Source: a virus
Lineage: Duplodnaviria; Caudoviricetes
Virus record (IMG/VR): IMGVR_UViG_3300034112_001193
Span: 1-62,375 of that record
Strand: one strand, 5' to 3'
Length of the DNA stretch: 62,375 nucleotides
Every line of letters starts with the position of its first letter. Position 1 is the first letter of the stretch. The notes under the pieces were generated by a model. It saw nothing but the letters and a program-made list of their open reading frames with translations, did no database searches and was not told the DNA's origin. The translations under genes and the position numbers were made by a program. Positions 27,255 through 37,600 of this stretch are shown one piece after another.

Positions 27255-29618
27255 TTAATTTGTATAATACTTCATTCCTGCAAGTCCCCATCTTGAAGTA
27301 AATCCGGGACTTGTTACAGCAGAGTGACCAATTGCGGCAAATGCTCCTCCAGCAAAAACTGCACTATTAAAATTTACAGCAAGCGTTAATGTGCCAACCA
27401 AAGTTAATAGACCAGAATCTGTTCCCATCCATACATATAACTTGCTTCCAGCTTGAGGAATGTTTGATATGCTTGTAGGAACCCATTGCAATACAATATT
27501 TCTAATTGTATATGGAGTTGTCCAAGTTTCTGTTTGTTCAGATACTCCATTATGAATTCCAAGAACCCAATTATACATAGTGCCTCCAACCGTTGTATTC
27601 GCAGTCAATCTAATTCCTCTTGCTGTCAAAGCACCGCCAGTTTCATTTAATTGCGCCCCCCAAATAATTGTTGTTGAAAGACCTTCTGTTGGTAAATATG
27701 CAAATGTATTAAATGTAAATGGAGTTGAAGCAATTGTTGCTGGTGCTGATCCTGAAGGGTAAAGAAAATTGTTCAATCCTGCCCTAGTCCATCCTGCGGC
27801 ACTTGACGCTCCAAGATCAACTAACCAATCTTCATGGCACAAGTTAGGTTGTGCCGCCCAATTATTCCAAGGAGAACCGCTATTTCCAACAACAGGAGTT
27901 TTTTTAGAAATATCAAATTCTTTAATCCACCAACGATTTCTGATTTGTTCTTGAATTGGTATTTCTGTATCAGGAATCCATTTATTTAATGCATTGTAAT
28001 CTGAAGACAAATTGTTTCGATATGATACATTTATTACATTTGCTGTGTTAATAAATGTTCCGCCGGGATTTGCGGTTGATGCAATAAAGTCCCTAAAATT
28101 ATTCCCCTGAATATCTAACCATCCATTATTTCCAAAACCTATTGCAGTATCTTCGGATTGTCCAACAAATGTATTTCCAATAATTCTACAAGTTAAAGGA
28201 TTTCCGTTATCACCAAATATCCGATAAATTGTTGTTCCTTGTGTTCTAATTAAATTATTAGATATAATCCAATTATTTCTATTTCCACTTGTAGCAAATA
28301 CATTATTTAATGGATTAGATGAAACGCCAGTTGAATCTGCAAAAATAAAATTTCCATCAATAACAACATTATTGCATTCACTAGCATTTGTAAATAAAGC
28401 TGTTATACAATTTACTAAATTGTTTCCAGTAATTGTTAAATTGTCGCAAGTATCCGTTGCTTGGTTGCTTATTTGAATACAATTCTTATTTGATCCAGTT
28501 GGATATGTTCCATCAGATCGCTTGCAATCCAATAAATTTCCAGTAACTACAATGTTTTGCGATTGGGCAATCTCTAATTGCATATATTGCGCTCCGCGAA
28601 CAGTATTACCAGTAAACGATATATCATCACCTCCACCCAACGATACACCCATCTTGGTTACACCATTAAAACCTGCTGTGCATTCAATAAGATTATTAGA
28701 TATTACTCCTGTTCTATGATTTGATCCAAATATTTCAATTCCTAAATCACCAGCATCTATTAAATGATTTCCAGTTATTGTAAACCTACGAATACCGGGA
28801 CATCCAGCAAACACTCCAAACCCAATTCCTCTTGGATAAGTTTGATTGTCTATAAATCCGTTGTTTACTATTGTATTGTTTGTGATGTGATAATCAGACA
28901 ATCCATTAGTGTTGCCATCGTTATTTGTAGATAAAATAATGATGGATGAATAACAATTATTAAAGTAACAATTGTTTATTTTATGACCACCACTTTTAAC
29001 TAATCCAACTCCATCTCTAGAAACAATTGCTCTAGTTGCAATATTAGAAAATCTACAATTTGTAATAGTTGTTCTTTGACCAAAAAGTTTTACAATGTCG
29101 GAATCGTTCGGATCAGGATTTAAAAACGGAGTTGTTCCTGAAACAAAACCTCCATCAAATTGCAATGAATTAATTGTAACATCATTGGCATCGATTCTAA
29201 ACAATGTTGGAGTAGAAGGATTTGAAGAAACTATTTCTGCGCCATTTCCTAAAATTGTAAGTCCAGTTTTAGAGGTTGGAATTTGAATATACGAATCGCT
29301 ACTGGTATCTACTTGATATGTTCCTTGAGGGAAATAAAGACATGAATTTATACCACAAGCTGCAATTGAATCGATGATAGCTTGTCGGTCATTTCCTGTT
29401 CCTAATCCAGTAGCACCAAAATCTTTTACATTTACAACATCAGCAAAACGATTATTTAAAGACCTTGCAGTAGTTGATCCTGTTGCAAGTGCAGTTATTC
29501 CACTAGGAAGTTGACCGGAGCCAAGTTTTGAAGGGGCAATTTCCGCTACTTGAGAAATATCAGAATTAACAATTGTTTCATCACGAATTACATTGTTGGT
29601 TATACGAGTTAATGGCAT
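27255..29618 (-). CDS. Tailspike/depolymerase, pectate_lyase_3-type beta-helix
   Basis: ARSL..RFADVVNVKDFGATG.G..ND..AI...YFPQGTY followed by many ITGN/ISNN repeats. Confidence 0.85.
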   Translation of the reverse strand: MPLTRITNNVIRDETIVNSDISQVAEIAPSKLGSGQLPSGITALATGSTTARSLNNRFADVVNVKDFGATGLGTGNDRQAIIDSIAACGINSCLYFPQGTYQVDTSSDSYIQIPTSKTGLTILGNGAEIVSSNPSTPTLFRIDANDVTINSLQFDGGFVSGTTPFLNPDPNDSDIVKLFGQRTTITNCRFSNIATRAIVSRDGVGLVKSGGHKINNCYFNNCYSSIIILSTNNDGNTNGLSDYHITNNTIVNNGFIDNQTYPRGIGFGVFAGCPGIRRFTITGNHLIDAGDLGIEIFGSNHRTGVISNNLIECTAGFNGVTKMGVSLGGGDDISFTGNTVRGAQYMQLEIAQSQNIVVTGNLLDCKRSDGTYPTGSNKNCIQISNQATDTCDNLTITGNNLVNCITALFTNASECNNVVIDGNFIFADSTGVSSNPLNNVFATSGNRNNWIISNNLIRTQGTTIYRIFGDNGNPLTCRIIGNTFVGQSEDTAIGFGNNGWLDIQGNNFRDFIASTANPGGTFINTANVINVSYRNNLSSDYNALNKWIPDTEIPIQEQIRNRWWIKEFDISKKTPVVGNSGSPWNNWAAQPNLCHEDWLVDLGASSAAGWTRAGLNNFLYPSGSAPATIASTPFTFNTFAYLPTEGLSTTIIWGAQLNETGGALTARGIRLTANTTVGGTMYNWVLGIHNGVSEQTETWTTPYTIRNIVLQWVPTSISNIPQAGSKLYVWMGTDSGLLTLVGTLTLAVNFNSAVFAGGAFAAIGHSAVTSPGFTSRWGLAGMKYYTN

Positions 29619-29637
29619 ATAGCTTTAAATTTAATTG

Positions 29638-31839
29638 TTAATCTGTTATAATTACATCAATGTTTGGATAAATTACTGGAGTGCCTGCTTGATTAATTGT
29701 TCTGATTCTAACATAATTTATAGCATTTTCAAACGGACAAACAAATCCGTATGCACCCGCATTGCTAATCAATGGATATACAGCACTTCCAACAACACAA
29801 TATCGTGTATTTTGTTTATTTGTAGTAAAAAATAACCAGTAATCACCGTCAGCATCTTTTTGTATTTGATTGATTGCAGGATTTGCAGAATTTGGATCAG
29901 GAACAATTAATCTAGCTATTCTAGGAGTTCCCCATGCAGTTGTCAATGGACCAGATGGAGTTCCCGGTATTTTAAATGTAAATGATCCAGAATCAGCAGA
30001 TGTAATTTGCCATGTGCCATTTAATACAGCATTGACTCCTGTTAATGCTGTTGGCTTGCCAAAAGTTATCCAATCTTTTGCAAAATATCCATGTGCGGCT
30101 TTTAAAATTGTCACATTTGTTCCGCCGCCTACTGCTGGGCCTGATGCAATTGTTGCTCCGGTAGCAACTAAATCTGGTAAAGCACCATTAAATTTAATAA
30201 CATTTGCTACTCCTAGTCCTCGTAATCCTGTTGCGCCTGTAGGTCCAGCAACCCCGGCAACGCCACTAGGTCCAGTTGCTCCTGTAGGACCACCTGATGG
30301 TCCGGTTGCGCCTTGAATGCCTGTTGCTCCTTGAATTCCTGCGCCAGTCGCTCCAATACCTCCGATAGGTCCGGTTGCGCCAGTTAATCCTTGTAACCCT
30401 GTAGCCCCAGTAGCACCCGCTCCTGTTGCTCCCGTTGCGCCTTGCAAACCTGTAGCACCATTTGCACCGGGAAAGCCAGACGCACCAACTGGTCCCTGAA
30501 TTCCGGGGAATCCAATTGGCCCTCTTTGTCCATCTTCTCCTGTTGCGCCTGCGGGTCCGGTTGCGCCAGTTGATCCATTAATACCATCGATTCCGTTAAG
30601 TCCTGTAGCTCCCACGGGTCCGGTTGGACCACCTGCTGGTCCAGTTGGACCCTGAATGCCAGTCGCCCCAGTAGCACCCGCTCCGGTTGCGCCTTGGACT
30701 CCATTCAAAGAAACAATTACAATTTCCGTTCCATTTGGAACAGGAGAAGACATTGTTAAGTTTGTGCCTGAAATAGTGTAATTTTGTGGGTCTTGGACGA
30801 TTCCAGAAATGGCAACCAAAAATGCTGTAGACATCGTTGAAGTTGCGCCGACAACAGAAAAAACAGTTTGGCTACCATTTCCTGTGTATGCCCAACGAAT
30901 TCCGCCAGCGGGAGATGCAGGTCCGGTTGCTCCGGTAGGTCCAGTTGGACCACCTCCGGGTCCAGTCGCACCTGTAATTCCGTTTAATGAAACAATCACT
31001 ATTTCACTACCAGCAGGTATTGGAGTGTCGGTTGTTAAAATGCTTCCAGAAACAGAATAGCTTTGCGGGTCTTGCACCACACCATCTACAGTTACAAGAA
31101 ATGCGGTAGAAAGATTCGAGATTGCTCCTGTGATATCAAAATTTTGTTGTGAATTGTCACCAAGATATGCCCAACGAATTCCACCAGCAGGCGAAGCGGG
31201 TCCAGTTGCTCCGGTTGCACCTTCAGGTCCAGTAGGACCACCAGCAGGACCAATGGGACCAGTTGCGCCAGTCGATCCAAATCCTGCTGGTCCAACGGGT
31301 CCAGTAGAACCTTGAATTCCTGTAGCACCTGTCAAGCCAGAAGCACTACCCAAGCTAATGACTGTGATGATGTCATTAACGGTAGGTGTAAAATTAAGAA
31401 TTAAATCGTATCCATTTTCAACAGGTAAAAGCGTATACTCTGTGTTTGGAATTCTAACTGATCCGTTAATATAAACTAAATAACTGGATGGAAACGGAAC
31501 ATAAGCACCCTCAAGATAGAATTGATATGTTTGGTTGTCTCCTCCCAAATTCCATTGCAAAAATGAATTGGTGTATTGAGCTTCAAAAAAGCGTAAAATG
31601 TAGCAAAGCAATCCTTCGCCTTGGTTTCTTGGAAAATTTTGGAATTCTGCGGGGTTATAGCTTGGGTCGCATGGTATGTCCCACTTAATTCTGCCATTAC
31701 TGACAGTTTTTACAATATTTCCGTAAAGGGATTGAACGAGGTTATCGATTAAGCTAGGAACGGATTCGTGCGAAACCTGTGGGTAAGGAATGTCCTGCCT
31801 GCAAACATTGGAGTGAGTATTATTACAATCGCAACCCAT
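29638..31839 (-). CDS. Collagen-like tail fibre with three tandem small beta domains
   Basis: Long Gly-X-Y (GATGATG/GPT) tracts; repeats W...GD.SQ..F..TGA...FLV..DG.VQDP..Y..SG..L......G.EIVIVSLNG. Confidence 0.85.
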   Translation of the reverse strand: MGCDCNNTHSNVCRQDIPYPQVSHESVPSLIDNLVQSLYGNIVKTVSNGRIKWDIPCDPSYNPAEFQNFPRNQGEGLLCYILRFFEAQYTNSFLQWNLGGDNQTYQFYLEGAYVPFPSSYLVYINGSVRIPNTEYTLLPVENGYDLILNFTPTVNDIITVISLGSASGLTGATGIQGSTGPVGPAGFGSTGATGPIGPAGGPTGPEGATGATGPASPAGGIRWAYLGDNSQQNFDITGAISNLSTAFLVTVDGVVQDPQSYSVSGSILTTDTPIPAGSEIVIVSLNGITGATGPGGGPTGPTGATGPASPAGGIRWAYTGNGSQTVFSVVGATSTMSTAFLVAISGIVQDPQNYTISGTNLTMSSPVPNGTEIVIVSLNGVQGATGAGATGATGIQGPTGPAGGPTGPVGATGLNGIDGINGSTGATGPAGATGEDGQRGPIGFPGIQGPVGASGFPGANGATGLQGATGATGAGATGATGLQGLTGATGPIGGIGATGAGIQGATGIQGATGPSGGPTGATGPSGVAGVAGPTGATGLRGLGVANVIKFNGALPDLVATGATIASGPAVGGGTNVTILKAAHGYFAKDWITFGKPTALTGVNAVLNGTWQITSADSGSFTFKIPGTPSGPLTTAWGTPRIARLIVPDPNSANPAINQIQKDADGDYWLFFTTNKQNTRYCVVGSAVYPLISNAGAYGFVCPFENAINYVRIRTINQAGTPVIYPNIDVIITD

Positions 31840-31840
31840 A

Positions 31841-32377
31841 TTATTTTTGTTCTGTTAAGAGATAAGGAATTGTTTTTTGTCCGTAACGGTCCATTTCCTC
31901 ATAGACCAACGAAATAAAAGCCTGCCATTGCGCCGGGACGATGGTTTGGCAACCTAAAGAAGAAGTTGTGTTGTTTCCGCCCCGGTGAATGTTCAGGTGG
32001 TATCCAAGCGATTGACCTTCGCCATCGCGCCAGACGGGCAATGCTTCGCCTTTTGTGGCTGGACGAAGGGCAGGGTAGCCCAGACCCTTTGAAATGCCAT
32101 GCCTGCCTTTCTTGTAGCGATAAAGGCCGGGAAGGAGGGAGGCTATTCCCTTGCGGTGAACGCTAGGGTCAGTATTAGCGTTAAAGGAAACATAGGCGTT
32201 GGCGGAAACGATGAAAATGGCATCATCGTAGACCCCCCGATTGTTACCTTTTGGGCTAAAAGTATTAGAATAGTACCCTCTGATTCCCAACAACGAAACG
32301 GCATCCATTACTCCAGCTTTCGCTAGAATCTTTTCGGACACTTCCCGCTTTTGTTGGGGTCTAGAAGGAGGAACCAT
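31841..32377 (-). CDS. Putative endolysin, L,D-transpeptidase (YkuD)-like catalytic motif
   Basis: LLGIRG..NN...YDD..F..NTDP..LNIHRGG...SSLGCQTI (His..Ser-x-Gly-Cys); adjacent to a holin-like gene. Confidence 0.7.
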   Translation of the reverse strand: MVPPSRPQQKREVSEKILAKAGVMDAVSLLGIRGYYSNTFSPKGNNRGVYDDAIFIVSANAYVSFNANTDPSVHRKGIASLLPGLYRYKKGRHGISKGLGYPALRPATKGEALPVWRDGEGQSLGYHLNIHRGGNNTTSSLGCQTIVPAQWQAFISLVYEEMDRYGQKTIPYLLTEQK

Positions 32378-32550
32378 TATTTACCTTTACGAATCACATT
32401 AATCAAGCCAACCAAACCTAAACCTGCACTCAAAATTGCGGCTTGAAGTTCAGGTTCTAATTTCAATCCAAGTGCCATAGCGACAAGGATTAACCCGCGC
32501 CATGTCGAGTTTTCACTTAATTTTTCTAATACGATTTCAACTATTTTCAT
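32377..32550 (-). CDS. Putative holin (57 aa, 2 TM segments)
   Basis: My translation: MKIVEIVLEKLSENSTWRGLILVAMALGLKLEPELQAAILSAGLGLVGLINVIRKGK; L.E.STW.GL motif; TAATG overlap with the endolysin. Confidence 0.7.
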   Translation of the reverse strand: MKIVEIVLEKLSENSTWRGLILVAMALGLKLEPELQAAILSAGLGLVGLINVIRKGK

Positions 32551-32681
32551 TTTGTTCCTTTCGGTTGAGGAAGTTCATATGTAAAACTTCCGTATTCTGT
32601 TTCAAAACTAATACCAAGTGTCGAGCATCCTGTCAAAAAAGATGATCCCAGCAAAACAAGTAATAGCAAATAGAATTTCAT
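32547..32681 (-). CDS. Small lipoprotein, spanin candidate (44 aa)
   Basis: My translation: MKFYLLLLVLLGSSFLTGCSTLGISFETEYGSFTYELPQPKGTK; lipobox LTG-C; in the lysis cassette. Confidence 0.6.
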   Translation of the reverse strand: MKFYLLLLVLLGSSFLTGCSTLGISFETEYGSFTYELPQPKGTK

Positions 32682-32968
32682 ATGTGTTCCAACTTTCTTT
32701 CGATGCGATCAAGGACCGTCATGTTTCTTCCAATTGTCTGATTTGAAATTGAAAGCACTTCAAGCATTTCCTTGTTAGCAGTTTTCAAATGTGCGTTGAA
32801 TTCACATTGCACGGCATCCATTTTTTTCTCAACTCGATCAATTCTTCCGGTGAAATATTTAAATAAAACTACAACAGCAATAATTCCTATTACAAGTAAA
32901 GCGACAAACATCCAACGGTCTGATTGGCTTGCTACAAAATTAACTGTATCAATATATTTTTCAGTCAT
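32678..32968 (-). CDS. Membrane protein with coiled coil (holin/antiholin/i-spanin candidate)
   Basis: Start MTEKY at 32968; one TM helix (WMFVALLVIGIIAVVVLF) then coiled coil. Confidence 0.6.
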   Translation of the reverse strand: MTEKYIDTVNFVASQSDRWMFVALLVIGIIAVVVLFKYFTGRIDRVEKKMDAVQCEFNAHLKTANKEMLEVLSISNQTIGRNMTVLDRIERKLEHI

Positions 32969-33164
32969 AAAATTCTTTTGTATCTGGATTATAAAATCTT
33001 CCAATATTTGAAAAATCGTATGGTATGTTTTCAAAACACACTTCTTCGATTTGAGTGCTTCCGGGATTAGGGTAATTACTCTTTTGATAATTTCTAGGCA
33101 ATTGCATTGCGTTAGAATATCTTAAAAGTTGATAATTATTTAATTTGTTAAAAATTCCAAACAT
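32961..33164 (-). CDS. Hypothetical protein (possible fibre accessory)
   Basis: 67 aa ending IGRFYNPDTKEFYD, directly after the fibre gene. Confidence 0.5.
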   Translation of the reverse strand: MFGIFNKLNNYQLLRYSNAMQLPRNYQKSNYPNPGSTQIEEVCFENIPYDFSNIGRFYNPDTKEFYD

Positions 33165-33165
33165 A

Positions 33166-36054
33166 TTAAATATCTTTTATTTTTGTAATTTGTAAACGCA
33201 TTGTTGCCATTCCTGATCCGGGATTACTCAAAGCGTAGGGATTTGTGCTTTCGCTTTCAAAAGCCCAATTGTAATAAGCAGGATTATCAATTTTAATAAC
33301 AATAGAATGTTCTTCTGAAGTTAAAATTGGAGTATCTATAGTTGCTGGTTTTTTTGCAATAAAATATCTTAAAAACCCTAATCCACCCGTTTGGTTTTCA
33401 GATGAAAATAATTTAAAAAACAAATTCGTACTATTTTTTAAATCATAAGCATATAATTGAGTGCTAAATAAATAATATCCAGAAGTTTTGATATGAACTC
33501 GCGCAAAATCAGTTCCTGTTTGTCCAGCATTTACTAATTCAAATACGCTTGAATCTGTATTCCAATCAGTTGTAGAATATGGAGCAAAAACATCTGTATC
33601 TTGACCTAAATTTTGATCACTAGCGGGGTTCCAGCTTAATTGAATGCTTTGAATTGATGTTGGACCTGTTGCTCCTGTGCTTCCTGTAAGACCTGTTGCG
33701 CCAGTTGCGCCATTATCACCAGTCAAGCCAACTGCTCCGGTTGCACCAACTGCTCCGGTCGCGCCAATTTCACCTTGTCTTCCAACGGTTGATGCAACCA
33801 GTCTGCCTCGCAGAAGCGTGATGGTTCCTGCGGTAGTTTTGTCGGTAACAAACAATGCAACTTCGTCATTCGGTTGCAGTTCGATCATCCAGTTAGTTAT
33901 CAGTTTTGCAAAGTTACCATTACCCGTTCCTGTTGGAGCATTGCATTCTGTATTATCAATCGGGGTTCCATTCAGGGCTAATTTAATGCCTAAAACTTGA
34001 TTATTTCCAGATTGAATATCTGCCGATCCGTAGATTTTGAATAGTTGCGGCAAGCCAGAAGTATTTTTGACTGCAAAAGTATCTGTTGTTCCAAGGCCGA
34101 TTCCAAAACTTTCAGAGTCCAGAGTTGCTGTTAATCCAGTCGATTGATAGGTTCCAGCAGTAACGATATTAATTGTTCCGCTATCGATTTTAGAAACTTG
34201 TCCGTAATAAGCGGTTCCTGTCCCGTCTGCACCAGTTGCGCCAGTTGCACCTATTGCACCAGTCGGTCCTTGAATGATAGCATTTATGCTTCTAAAACTT
34301 AAATTTAATGTATCGAAATCAATGCTATTAGTTCCAGTCGCCCCGCCGCCATTTTGCCTTACTTTAATCTGAATTGTGTTTGCTTGATTTGCTGGTAGAG
34401 AAAAGAACCCACTAACAGTTAATTCTCTTGCTGTGGTTGAGAAATCAGCACTTCTGACTGTTGTGAAAAATCCGTTTACTGGGTCAACTCCATTGATAGA
34501 CAAACCAATGTCAATTCCATTTGATGTTGTCTCACCCTTTTCACAACCAATTGTTGCTATGAATTCATAAAATATTTCGATTGGCTTTGAAGCAATTGTA
34601 AATAATCCTGAAGAATGAGATACATCAGATGATATTTCGCCAGATAAAATATTTGCAGAGGATACATTAACCCAAGGCAGAATTCCTGTTCCTGTTCCAA
34701 GAACTATGTTGGTATCTGGAGTATTTAAATAATATTCACCGTAAACAAGTTCTGATCCGGGTGGCAAAACTCCACTAGCACCAGTTGCACCATCAACGCC
34801 AGCAACTCCTGTTGCACCAGTTGCACCATCATCTCCTGCTAAATTCCCCACTAACTCCCATGCAACAGTAGAAGTTCCTGCAAAATATGTTTCTAATTCT
34901 TCAATTTCTGGAATCGTTAATGCTCGATCATAAATAAGCAATTCAACAATTTCACCAAGCATTATTTCGCTATTAATATTTCTTCCACCAATTATAAGTT
35001 GATCGACTTGATTGGGGTTACCAGCATTTCCTGTTGTGAAATTAGTCGGATTACCATTGTTAATTCGCAAAAGAGATGTGACATCATGTACCACGGTAGT
35101 AATGTGATACTGATTAAGCGGCATTCCATCCGGTCCAGATAACTGTGAACTGTCGTTGAAATAGTTTGGTCTAAAGCTACTAGCTTGTTTAAAAATATAT
35201 CCCAAATCACTTGGGAGTCTTGAATTTAAAAATCCTTCTTGTCCTCGTCCATTTGGATTATTATATTTTCCAATAATAACAAAAGACCTAGCAACTCCAC
35301 TTATTAGAGGAGATGGAAGTTGAAAAGTAAAATATGTGTTTAAACCGTTAAGTCCTACAGATGTTCTTCCATTGTATGCATTTGTAATTAGTTGCGGGAA
35401 ATTTGTTGCGGTTGCAACGATCCCGTTTTCTTGATCAGTCCACGATGTAATATTATTGCCACTAGCAGTTATTCCAAAATCTGCATTAAAACGAGCAATT
35501 AATCCGCTAGTGGGAATTGGTAATGATCCCCCGCCACCAGATTCCTTATATTCATAATAATCTTTATTTAGATTATTTAAATAATAATCACCAATATTTA
35601 CTGGATCAACAATTACAGATTCTGGAGTTCCATCTCCGTTATACCATGCCGATCCATTTTGCCCCGGAAGACCAATTTGACCAGTTGCGCCAGTTAAGCC
35701 TTGATTTCCTTGAATTCCGGTTGCACCAGTCGCCCCTAACCCCGTTGCACCAGTTGCTCCACTAGCACCTTCTATTCCTGTAGCACCAGTTGCTCCTGTA
35801 TCTCCAGCCACACCTGTTGCACCTGTTGCACCTGTAGGACCACCAGAGGGTCCGGTTGCTCCAGTTGCTCCGGTTGAACCTCCTCCACCACCACCATGCA
35901 TTGCTAAATATTGCAATGCATACAACACACGATGACGATATTCAGCAGTATCCAAGATTGGCTTGCTGTAATCAATTCCGTTAAGTTCGGAAAATGCTTC
36001 CAATACTAACTGCTCAAAAGTAGCAGTATCCAGAGTCGGAGGAATAGGTGACAT
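33166..36054 (-). CDS. Collagen-like fibre (probably head fibre/decoration) with LamG-like lectin and BclA-C-like jelly-roll domains
   Basis: Five GATG collagen tracts alternate with globular domains; LamG-like [30 protein letters not shown]; first gene after the MCP. Confidence 0.8.
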   Translation of the reverse strand: MSPIPPTLDTATFEQLVLEAFSELNGIDYSKPILDTAEYRHRVLYALQYLAMHGGGGGGSTGATGATGPSGGPTGATGATGVAGDTGATGATGIEGASGATGATGLGATGATGIQGNQGLTGATGQIGLPGQNGSAWYNGDGTPESVIVDPVNIGDYYLNNLNKDYYEYKESGGGGSLPIPTSGLIARFNADFGITASGNNITSWTDQENGIVATATNFPQLITNAYNGRTSVGLNGLNTYFTFQLPSPLISGVARSFVIIGKYNNPNGRGQEGFLNSRLPSDLGYIFKQASSFRPNYFNDSSQLSGPDGMPLNQYHITTVVHDVTSLLRINNGNPTNFTTGNAGNPNQVDQLIIGGRNINSEIMLGEIVELLIYDRALTIPEIEELETYFAGTSTVAWELVGNLAGDDGATGATGVAGVDGATGASGVLPPGSELVYGEYYLNTPDTNIVLGTGTGILPWVNVSSANILSGEISSDVSHSSGLFTIASKPIEIFYEFIATIGCEKGETTSNGIDIGLSINGVDPVNGFFTTVRSADFSTTARELTVSGFFSLPANQANTIQIKVRQNGGGATGTNSIDFDTLNLSFRSINAIIQGPTGAIGATGATGADGTGTAYYGQVSKIDSGTINIVTAGTYQSTGLTATLDSESFGIGLGTTDTFAVKNTSGLPQLFKIYGSADIQSGNNQVLGIKLALNGTPIDNTECNAPTGTGNGNFAKLITNWMIELQPNDEVALFVTDKTTAGTITLLRGRLVASTVGRQGEIGATGAVGATGAVGLTGDNGATGATGLTGSTGATGPTSIQSIQLSWNPASDQNLGQDTDVFAPYSTTDWNTDSSVFELVNAGQTGTDFARVHIKTSGYYLFSTQLYAYDLKNSTNLFFKLFSSENQTGGLGFLRYFIAKKPATIDTPILTSEEHSIVIKIDNPAYYNWAFESESTNPYALSNPGSGMATMRLQITKIKDI

Positions 36055-36072
36055 GATTTAAATAAACTGAAT

Positions 36073-36103
36073 GAAGGGGAGCAGGCAGATTCCTGCTCCC
36101 CTC
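36073..36103 (-). terminator. Rho-independent terminator after the MCP
   Basis: GAGGGGAGCAGG-AATCTG-CCTGCTCCCCTTC hairpin followed by a T-rich tract on the minus strand. Confidence 0.65.
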
Positions 36104-36116
36104 TGATTCAATTCAC

Positions 36117-37343
36117 TTACAGACCACCAACAGAGGTCGAGCAAGGAAGGGGCAGACCATCATACGGGCAACGCTTATACAGGATAGCGCACACATTCTG
36201 TGGACGAATCGGCTGAATTGCTCGTTGAATCTGGTAGATGTGCTGACCAAAGTCACCATAGAGATTGCAATCGTTGTCGCGGAAATAGGTCCATTCAAGT
36301 TCACCCATAGCGAGTTGCGGGGCGAAACGGAAAGTTCCTTCTCCGGTGTAGGACTCTGGAACGAGACGCTTGAAAGCCTCGCCAGCGATCACAAACATGA
36401 CTTCGTATTGAGCGGCAACCCAAGCGGGATTGCGGCGTTGACCGAAACCATTCACAACAGCAGTCGCCACAATCGGGTTGATTGGAGCAATAGTGCCTTG
36501 CGTGGGTCCAGCGGCGGTGATCACACCATCATTGGTGCGAAGCGGTTGCTGGTCGATACCGAAAGCGAAGCCACGATAACCCATAAACTGATAACCGGAG
36601 ATCGAGTTTTCGCCCAATTTGAAGGAACCAGTAGTGAGAGCAACCAAATCTTCCTTAACATCAGCATCGTTACGGAAGTTCTCGATGGCATCAGCACTAG
36701 CCATAACTTGGAAGAATTCACCATCGCGAGTAGCGAAGGGTTCGGCAAGCATCTCTTCACGCATGAAAGTGCCGATTTTGTAAAGAGTCTTGAAATTCAT
36801 GGGAGAGTCAGGCTGAACCAACGCAAAAGGAGTGTTGATTGCCTGCATATCACCCGTGAGATTCTGGCTGAAAGTCTGGGTCGAGTTCGACACATATTTC
36901 AGACCGGACTGAAGAAGATATTGATAGCGGATATCAGCGTTGATAAGCTGGAGAATAGTCTTCTCAAGCGAAATCTGGGCCTGAAGATAGGAACCCTTGA
37001 AAGCGGTGCGGGAGGTTTTCACGCAAACGCGAGGACCAGCACCCCGGAGGGTCTGAAGCTGGAACTGATATTCAGTCGATCCAACTTGATCAGGAGTAGC
37101 ACCAACGCCACAAAGCGTAGTGTCATTGACAAAGTTCGGCGCGGCTAACGAAGCGGCGGGAACTGCCATTTCCTGAACAACGGAGCGAACGACATCCGAC
37201 ACATTCGGAAGAGTTCCACCATCGATGGAGTTAATGTAGGGACTTTTACGGGCAAGCACCCGTCCAATTTGACCGATAATTCGGTTGACATCTTTAGCCG
37301 CGAAGTTCTGGACTGCGGCGAGATCAATGCATTCTTGAGCCAT
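36117..37343 (-). CDS. Major capsid protein (probable)
   Basis: 408 aa; downstream of portal and scaffold; own promoter and terminator; distinct, highly-expressed-style codon use. Confidence 0.75.
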   Translation of the reverse strand: MAQECIDLAAVQNFAAKDVNRIIGQIGRVLARKSPYINSIDGGTLPNVSDVVRSVVQEMAVPAASLAAPNFVNDTTLCGVGATPDQVGSTEYQFQLQTLRGAGPRVCVKTSRTAFKGSYLQAQISLEKTILQLINADIRYQYLLQSGLKYVSNSTQTFSQNLTGDMQAINTPFALVQPDSPMNFKTLYKIGTFMREEMLAEPFATRDGEFFQVMASADAIENFRNDADVKEDLVALTTGSFKLGENSISGYQFMGYRGFAFGIDQQPLRTNDGVITAAGPTQGTIAPINPIVATAVVNGFGQRRNPAWVAAQYEVMFVIAGEAFKRLVPESYTGEGTFRFAPQLAMGELEWTYFRDNDCNLYGDFGQHIYQIQRAIQPIRPQNVCAILYKRCPYDGLPLPCSTSVGGL

Positions 37344-37560
37344 GATTTTAGGTTTTCTAGTTTAGGTTTGGGTTTTATTTTCTGACCCCCTAATCGTCCT
37401 AAAACTTTCGGGGCATCAAATAAGTTTTTGAATGCGATTTCTCGCACACAGAAATTCTCGTTTGTTGCCCCGGCACGGTGGGCTTGTTCGGCCTGAATGG
37501 TGACTCCTGTGGTTGTCACCGCACCGTCGATTAACGCTTCGACGCCTCGCGGCTATGACA
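37344..37560 (-). ncRNA. Candidate structured 5' leader RNA of the capsid gene
   Basis: Stems 37409-20/37461-72, TGCGA-GAAA-TCGCA (37433-46), 37475-80/37522-27, 37499-504/37515-20 and 37525-44. Confidence 0.5.
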
Positions 37561-37562
37561 CT

Positions 37563-37590
37563 CTTTTAAACTACTTTCTTCAGATGTCAA
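37563..37590 (-). promoter_or_regulatory. Putative sigma70 promoter for the capsid gene
   Basis: Perfect TTGACA (37590-37585), weak -10 (TAAAAG) 16 nt downstream. Confidence 0.4.
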
Positions 37591-37600
37591 ATGGAAAAAA

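Noticed and set aside
29638-36054. Tandem DNA repeats or DGR template/variable repeats in the fibre genes
   Set aside because: The repeats are explained by collagen Gly-X-Y codons and a duplicated domain; no reverse transcriptase or adenine-specific variant pair seen.
36225-37148. Long plus-strand ORFs (also 47888-48787, 60387-61232, 38148-38708)
   Set aside because: They are antisense shadows of well-supported minus-strand genes and have no recognisable motifs.
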